A stretch of DNA of 64,000 bases from Chrysomallon squamiferum (taxonomy: Eukaryota > Animalia > Mollusca), in NCBI GenBank assembly GCA_012295275.1, contig CM022671.1:29326001-29390000 (forward strand), in the 5' to 3' direction. The notes beneath the pieces are model-generated. The model saw only the letters and a program-made list of their open reading frames with translations. It did not search any database and was not told where the DNA came from. A program made the position numbers and the translations under genes. Below, in pieces: positions 54,610 to 64,000 of this stretch (the first letter of the stretch is position 1; each line of letters starts with the position of its first letter).

Positions 54610-55502
54610 TGTAATGTCACCTTATCAAAAGACTGGATCTAAAATAAATAAAATATGTTATGCAAAATCCTATTTCCTGATACGTTTCCTGTCTGAGGTG
54701 AATTATATTTTTTATTTATTTAAAAAAAAACTTTGCTACTAATTAGTAAAAGTAACAGAAAAAATTATTTCAGAAAACTTCTGTCTGAGATTTATATCAT
54801 TAAAAGAAATTATATATTAAAAAAAAAAAAAAAACATTTATTCTTTCTGAATATTCCTCTTCTTTTTTTCTCTCTTTTTTTCTCTCTCTCTCTTCCTAAC
54901 TCGCAGGTTTGGATGCGAATGCTACGACTGAAAGGAGGAGATCTAATTTATAGTAATTATGATTTTATTCTGTTTGTAATCAAATAGGTTACCCCTTTTT
55001 ATCACATGCTTTTTGATTTCATTGTCGTCCTAGGACGTTATCAGTTCTAAAATAAACGCTTACATCAGTGGTTAAATATGTTATTTACAAAATCATGAAA
55101 GTCATTGTTGCCTCCCTCTTTATATGTTTGTTATCAGTTAATGGCAGAATGTGTTCTGAAAGGGCAACTTTTCACCAAATGACACATCAATTTTTGTTTA
55201 TTTTAAAAAGGAAAACAAATACAAAAAAGTTATCTTTTTACCTTTTTTGTTATTTTTCTCTTTTGTTTTCCATTATTATTGTCAGTTTCCGTTTCTTTAT
55301 TCTTTCTCGTTTACTTATTCTAATTCCACCTTAATGTCTATGTTCAGAATGAAAACGCGCGCTTGCACGTGCTTTTGTATGTACGGTGGGGTGGAATGTG
55401 ACAAGATTCGTTTATTCAGGTCTAAATGTAAATCTAATAGGCCTAGATATATTTTTCTGAATTGATAACATTATAATAAACTTTAGACAGAATGACTGTG
55501 AA

Positions 55503-55503
<1 letters not shown>

Positions 55504-55543
<40 letters not shown>
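55504..55543. repeat. (TG)n microsatellite
   Basis: Perfect run upstream of copy B. Many more (TAA)n, (TA)n and (CA)n runs occur across the window. Confidence 0.9.
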
Positions 55544-55547
<4 letters not shown>

Positions 55548-56114
55548 AGGAAATATGTATAATTACTGAAATTTCTGAAAATATGTGCAAATTCTGATTC
55601 ACTCAGAAAACTGACAATGCAATGGCTTCAAGAGATGGGGGAAGGGGACTAGATGATGACAAGCCAATGCAAAGCATCAGAGCCCAGCAGAGCCGTAAAT
55701 GGGGAACACGTAATTCCACTGCGAAGACCGGAGTTCTTCCATTCAGTTGTGGAAACAAGAATGTCCTTAACGTCACAGTCTCAGTCTTTCTGTTCTCCCG
55801 TGTGGATGGCTAGGTTTCCCATGTACCTTCAGTTTAGTGATTACATATATTTTCCGAAATGTTTAAGAACTATGCGTATTTCCTGTAACATGTGCGTGTG
55901 TTTGAACTAGTTTATTAAATTTTTAAAGGTTCCATCTTTTTATTTCAACTAGCGAAAACGTGCTTCAATGTAAACAAATGATTCTCCATGCGTATCTTGA
56001 GAAATATTAATTTAATGAAATAGACGTCGATATTTAGAAGATCGCAGCCGAATGACACGTGCAATACAATTACTTCAGAGAATACTAATTTGACAAATAA
56101 TAAATGAAAAATAG

Positions 56115-56146
<32 letters not shown>

Positions 56147-56633
56147 AACCGAGTAATTACTTTTCGAAAAACTTTATTTATAAATACTATTTGAAAAACA
56201 TAATAATAGTAATAAAGGTGCAAACTATTATAATGTAATATTAAATTTTATTGACTGATATGTTTGATATAATATGCAAATATATTTTGAATGTTATAAT
56301 TATAATATAAATTATTACACACCTTGATATCCCGAGATTATATAATTACTGAAATAACAAATTATATTATTTTAAAATTAATATGAAGTTATAAAATTAA
56401 TTAAAGGAAATAAAATTTTAAAAACATATATTATTAAAAATAGCTAACAAATCATTTCCGTTCAATTCTGATTGTTACAGAGAATAAATAGGCTACAAAA
56501 AAAAACAAATTTTCATTAAACAAATTGTTTACTTCGTTAACTTTTTATTATGTTTGCTTTATATTACTCAGTTCTTTTCTTTTTAACGTTTTTCGTCTGT
56601 AGTTATCATTCAAGTCACCAAGCCAGTTCAAAA

Positions 56634-58080
56634 TTAACGTATGGCCATGGTTCTTGTAACTTTACGACCCAGGATGTCCTCCAAGGTAACCTCAACTTCT
56701 GAAGCTGACCCGACGTTCAGCTTGACACTGCGCGTCTCAGAATCGACATCAGCGGCGACTGGATACGGGTCGCGATCCACCGACACGCTGTAACTGAACT
56801 GAGGCGTCTCTTGTTGGTCCACGTGCCAGGTAACCTCGTTGTGCGTCGCAGACATGATTGAGAAGTGAATCGGTCTGTTGCGAGGATGACTGGGAGTGGC
56901 GTGATTGTGAAGAGTGTGTCTCGTACCTAGATTAAGAGAGGGCTTGGTGTTGCCTCCGCTTTGCATCAGATAGTGGCCATTTACGACCGCAGCATTGTAG
57001 TTGTTGTTGTAGTTGGCTGTGCCGGCTTCTTGGATAACGCTGAAGTTAGCAGTCGTAAAAGGAAACCACGAATGGTCTAAACGACGTTTGAATCCGTGTC
57101 TCAGATGGACCTCTCTTTGATGCTCTCCAGTGCCCGCCCAGTCTTCGATAAAACATCCCGTAGACGTCAGGAAGTCATCGTGTGCTGACGGGTAATTCAT
57201 CGTAATCAGATGTGTCCACTTGTTCCCTGTTTGGTCGTGAACCCAGTACCCAAAGAAAGTGTGGTCCTTGTGATCCCATTTTCTCATTACATGCGTATAC
57301 CATTGGTCATCCTCCCAGCCAAGAGTTTCGTTCATCGATTTCAGTCCTGTCCCTTCACCGCCGAATTTAGACGGCACTGTCCCTTCCCCTTTGTATGCCA
57401 CCTGAATTGGGTCATGAGGATGGGTTGTTGATTTCCACAGCGAAAAAATGTAGCCTTTCCCGTTGTTGTAGTAAGACTGAATTCCACAGTAACCACCAGC
57501 TTCATTCCCAGTATTCCACTGCAAAGTACAGTAGTAGGTCTCTGGCGTGTCACCTGTAATATAGTTTCATGTATTATCAGTTTAAGAAAAACAGCCCCTG
57601 AAATCTTGAGACAAAATATATTGATAGAAAATGTTATTTTTCGTTGCATTACATTAACATTTAGGTATAATATTGTGAAAATATTAATAAATACTGATTA
57701 ATTCGTAAAAATTTTGTTCATTTAAAACAAGTTAACAGCGGCATATTCATTCTGTTTTTATAATGAAATGATTCTGAAATTTACTAAGAATTCTTCTTAA
57801 AGAAAAGAAAATGACAATACGTAATCACTTATTTATTTATTTATTTAGTTATATTTCTGTCGTATCTTCTTATTGAATAGTCTACTTTTGAATAAATATA
57901 ATTCGAATATGGCTTATCTCGAAGACTTCAGGCTAGTAAGATGAAGTTCGACTGAAGTCCACTCTACGTTGAAAGATAATGCTCACCGTGTTTCGGAACC
58001 AAAATGTCCTGCATGATGATGTCGCCATGAAAGTAGTCGGTGTAGCGCAGCCAACATGACGGTGCCCTGTTTCCACCCAT
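56634..58080 (-). CDS. DUF3472/DUF5077-like protein, copy C (337 aa)
   Basis: Exon 58080-57987 plus exon 57553-56634. Near-identical to copy B, with the same intron position. Confidence 0.8.
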
Positions 58081-61000
58081 TGTAATGTCACCTTATGAAA
58101 AGACTGGATCTGAAAGAATACAGTCAATTAATGCAAAGTCGTATTTACAAATAAAAACTTTTAATTTAGATGCTGCATGTTGCACATACACAACTATACA
58201 AAGTAACGGTTTGTTAGGGGGGTTTTTTTTTTTTTTATGTAGTTAGTAATTTCGTTAATCGTGGATTTAGCTGTAACCTTTTTTCACGTTCCAAATCGTA
58301 TGATACGTACGTTATCTGTGGTAAAAAATTTGAAAAAAACAACAACAAAAAAAACGAAAAAGATTTTTGCTACTAATCGGCAACAGTAAACCAATGAATA
58401 ATTTCAGAAAAATTCTCTCTGAGATTTTTCATTTAAAAAAGCGTTATAGCTTCAACGAAACCACTGGCAAAGGTAACAGAGCATCATTAAAAAAAATTCA
58501 TTAATTCCAGTTAAAAAAAAAAGTAAAAAAAAAGTAAAATAAATAAATAAATAAATAAATAATAATAAAAGAAAACAACTTACCTTTTTCCGTTTGTTTT
58601 TTCTCTAACTCGCTGGTTTGCGTGCGAATGCTACGACTAAAATTAGGAGATCTAATTTATAGGAATTTTTATTTTATTCTCTTTGTATTCACCTCTTTAT
58701 CTTTCTTTTTTTATTTCATTGTCAGTCCAGGATGTTATCAGTTCTAAAATAAACGCTTACATCACCTGTTAAATATGTTAATTGAAAAAGCATGATGACC
58801 ATTGTTGCCTCCAATTTTTTATATTTGTTATCGGTTAACCGAATAATGAATTTTTAAAGGGCCACTTTTCACCAACTGACACCAATTTTTGTTTATTTTA
58901 AAAAGGAAAACAATTATATAAAAATTGACATTCCTAAAAATGTCCTTCTTTTTACTTTTTCTTTTGCTATTTTTCTCTTTTGTTTTCCAATATTTTTTTT
59001 TTTTTTTCTCCCGACTTTTTCTAATGTGTATTTTTAGAATGAACGTGTATTTGTGTGTAGGGTGGGGTGGAATGTGAAAAGACTCGTTTCCTCTGATCTA
59101 AATGAAAGTCGTATAGGCCTAGGGACTTTGTATGTTTCTGTGTTGATATTATAATAAACTTTCGGCAGAATGATTTTGTGTGTGCGTGTAGGAACGTATG
59201 AAGTGTGTGTTTGTGTGTGTTACAGGAAACAATGTATAATTAATAAACATTTTAGAAAATGTATACAAATTATGATTCACACATGAAACTGGTATTGCAG
59301 TGTGAAGACTAGTGTGTGTGCGAGTAAGAATGTGGGAATTAGTTTATTCCATTTTATAAGGATCTTTTTATTTCAACTAGTGAAAATGTGCTTCAATGTA
59401 AACGAATGATTCTCCATGCCTATCTTGAAAAATCAACGTAGAAATATTAATTTAATGAAATAGACGTCGATATTTAGAAGATCCAAGCCGATAATAAATG
59501 AAAGAAATTTTTTTTCAAGGAATTGTGGAGAAACGACTGACAATAAAATGGACGCATTTAATTTTATTCCATATTTAAATTTATTATTAAAGAAAGAAAA
59601 AAAAAGAAAAAAAAGATACACAACACAAATAAATATACAATCGCAGTCACTGACGACAAAATTGTTAGTACTTATCCTAGCCAAACAGAAAGGATGAGCA
59701 ACAGGCGTAGCCGTTTTTTATTATTTATTTGTTTGGATATAATGTAAGTTTTCTGATTTAGTAGTTATTCTATTTAATTATTTTGGGAATTCTCTAGAAA
59801 TTTTGAGTCGTATTGCATGAATAAAAACGCGTAGTAGTGGTCTTTTTAAGTTTGATAATTAAGAAAAAACACATTCGTAGCTCGTGTATCATGGCAATTT
59901 CGTGCGAACATTTCACGAGGTTCGTCCTGAGCATATGCCAGACATTGGGCTTTCAACAATATCTGTGAAATATTTTGCAACATAAGAACTCCATTAAAAT
60001 TACATTAACTTTTAAAAATAAGAAGTAATGGGAAAATAAAGAAAAAAATTTGAGAAAAAGAAAAAAAAATTTTTTTTAAATATTTTAAAAATTAAAATAA
60101 AATAAATAAAAATTAAAATAAACGCTTCACACATAATATATAATCACGATAAAAAATATTTCCAGTGTGATCAACGATATTTCACCACTCAGAAAAATAC
60201 AATTTCTTTTGAACAACCAATTTATTCTGCTGCCAATAGTTGGTGCACCTACTGAATTGGCATTAAATCCTCATGCAGTTCGTGGTTGAAGTGTATCGCC
60301 ATTTCGTTTACACCTCCATTTTGAAAATAAAACATACCTTTAAAATAATAATAATCATTATAAGGAAATGTAAGAATGGATCAGAAAATTGAAACTATAC
60401 TCATGTGAACATCAGATCAGCTGGCGAACTAATACTAGCTCAAAGCCAAGCCAAACGGTTCACTAGTATATCCGTTCAGGTTCATCACGTCCATGGGTTT
60501 TTTCCCCCCGAAGTTTGGCTTCATTGCAAAACCAGTTTGCTAGCCATTAGTTTTCTCATCATTTTAATCTGTACAACAGATTAATCAAATAAGATCAAAG
60601 TAAGTGTATAACATAAACGTGTATATAAAAAAAAAAAGAAAAAAAAGAAGAAAATAGAAACAGAAAAGAGAGAAAGAGAAGACAGACCAACAGAGAGAGC
60701 TGAAGAAGAAGCAGAAAGTAAAATTTTCCGGTATAGAAATGCTTTCTGGGTAAAATAATTATACACAGTTTGATATCGTTAAGAACTGAAATGAACCTCG
60801 ATTAGCATTAAGGTAGGCGTATTATTTGCGTTCTAAAAATAAAAAGAAAGAACACATATTTTGAACGTAATATATTTTTTGAATTTACGCAGTTCTTGGC
60901 AGTCATTCATAGTCTAATAGTTATATTTTGTATACATATACTGATGTAGGTGAATTTTGGAAATCTATTATCATTATTATTTTTAATTGTAGCTTTATAA

Positions 61001-61406
61001 ATATCAATAAAATAGCCATTAATTTTGATAATTATTTAAGAAAGCTATTAGCTTGAAAAATGTTATCCTTATAAATGTGTACTTACACGTGTGCTGTGTA
61101 CATATTAAACTTTACACACTGATATGTTCTAAAGAAACCACAACTTTTAGAATTCATTACTATATCTGTGTAAAACGGACATAAAATACATTCAGATACG
61201 AGTAAACACACACACACATTACAAATAAATTAATTTATGAATGCGTTCATGCATGCATATATGTCATAAAGTAAATTAATATCATCTGTATTAATCATCA
61301 GATATTAAAATGCATGTAATAATAATAATTAAAAAAATATACATGTACATATTTTTGTTTTAGTTGTTTGTGGCTATTAGAGTAAGTAACAAAGACCCAT
61401 TAGGTT

Positions 61407-61470
61407 TGACGTATGACGTCATTGCCTGCGGAAGTGTATGTCGGCCATTGAAAGATAATAGGTGTGAGTA
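61407..61470 (+). promoter_or_regulatory. Rap1 promoter/first non-coding exon: half-CRE, full CRE, ETS, YY1-like motif, then a splice donor
   Basis: tgacgta (61407), TGACGTCA (61414-61421), cggaagtg (61429), cggccatt (61442), donor gtgagt (61464). An acceptor at 62413 precedes the ATG. Confidence 0.6.
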
Positions 61471-62453
61471 GAATTATTCGTTTTGTTATAAAAAAAATTC
61501 TGTAAATGTTTATTGTTAGGATTCTTTCGTAGTATTTTATTTGACAAACGAAGCAGTAAAAATCGCTGATTGTGAAAACTAGGTCTAAAACATGTGATAT
61601 TTAAGTTTCACAGTTTGCCGAAGTCGTTGTTTGACTTTTGAGTAGGAATCTAGGATATTTAAAAACAGCCATAATTTGTACATGTAAAGCAGTAAAAAAT
61701 AATGCTAATATTTTAGATGATTAAATAGTATTAATTATTATATTGATGACCAGTAGAGTCTTCGGCCAATTCATTGTCGTGAGTTTGACTGTTTTCATGT
61801 TTAGATTAAGATTTTTAAGTCTTCGGGTTTTGTCACTATCGTGACTGTGTACTAACTTACTAAGTAACTCACTCAGTTATTCTTATTTTAAATTATTTCC
61901 ATTTAAACACTACATAAAAACAAAAACGATTACTTGCATACAACCATTTATATACTGAAACATACCAGTTAACTTTCTTCGTTTTTTTTTTTTTTTTTTA
62001 ATTTTTAGTTTTGTTACTGATTTATTAATTGACAGTCAACAGTGTTTTCGAATATAATTAGAATTTTCTGTGTACAATATTAGCATATGATTATAAATGA
62101 CACAAACACTTAACCATAGCTGTAACTGTTAACAAATTACCTGTCAATGAATCATTATTGCAGACTTTGTTTTAAAATCCTTGCGTGTTACATATATTAA
62201 CTGACAGAATAAAGATGAGATTTATATATTTTTAAAAAGAATAATAAAAAGAATACACAGTAATTCTTAGTTCTAAACATTTCTGATTAATGAAAATAAG
62301 ATTGTTAGGCTTTGCATTTGTACATTTATGTCTTTTTATGTAAACACTTATGTGTGCACAAGCATGCACACACATTTTGTACTAAATATTTAAGTGTTAT
62401 CTTCTATTTTCAGTTAATTTTTTTTTTACATTTGGACATTATATTTCTTAATT

Positions 62454-63817
<1,364 letters not shown>

Positions 63818-64000
63818 GTAGGCATTTACTGATGACGATTATTTTTATTACTTACTTCACTGGCTGTAGGGAAACCAGCACCTCCTAAAGATTAAACATT
63901 TCACTAACCAACCAGTTTTAATTCGAGCATGAATATATTGTTTTAATTGTACATATATATTTTAAAAACCAAATACAAAAACATGCACTTGAATTGTGTT

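Larger units (their letters stand above)
52436..59490. repeat. ~3.5-kb tandem segmental duplication carrying DUF3472-like copies B and C
   Basis: Introns, upstream and downstream flanks are alignable at an offset of about 3.5 kb (stops at 53131 and 56634). Junction sequence at ~55910-56050 recurs at ~59340-59490. Confidence 0.8.

Noticed and set aside
49498-58080. Bacterial contamination as the source of the DUF3472-like genes
   Set aside because: They have spliceosomal introns, microsatellite-rich flanks and are contiguous with animal genes.
59870-60210. Repeat-like fragments resembling MITE or SINE remnants (also ~25870-25970, 43160-43330, 47880-48050)
   Set aside because: No boundaries, TIR pairs or TSDs could be defined; a repeat library is needed.

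Overview
AT-rich, microsatellite-laden, intron-rich animal DNA. Gene content and repeat types suggest a mollusc or other lophotrochozoan (inference only). I rebuilt ten spliced genes by hand, checking GT-AG boundaries and codon phase at each junction. In order: (1) an unrecognised, mostly disordered protein of about 788 aa (+); (2) Tectonic-2-like (-), head-to-head with (3) PNLDC1/Trimmer, a tail-anchored PARN-family nuclease (+); (4) SGF29/CCDC101 (-); (5-6) two tandem secreted prokineticin/colipase-fold Cys-rich precursors (+); (7-9) three tandem DUF3472/DUF5077-like genes (-), one with a homopolymer frameshift; (10) the 5' part of Rap1 (+). The most interesting region is the CpG-rich accessory island at about 40-59.5 kb. 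There, the second prokineticin-like paralog appears to have remodelled its second domain into a cleavable, amidated 4-Cys mini-peptide. The bacterial-looking DUF3472-like array shows a gene-conversion tract. No rRNA, tRNA or CRISPR array was recognised.
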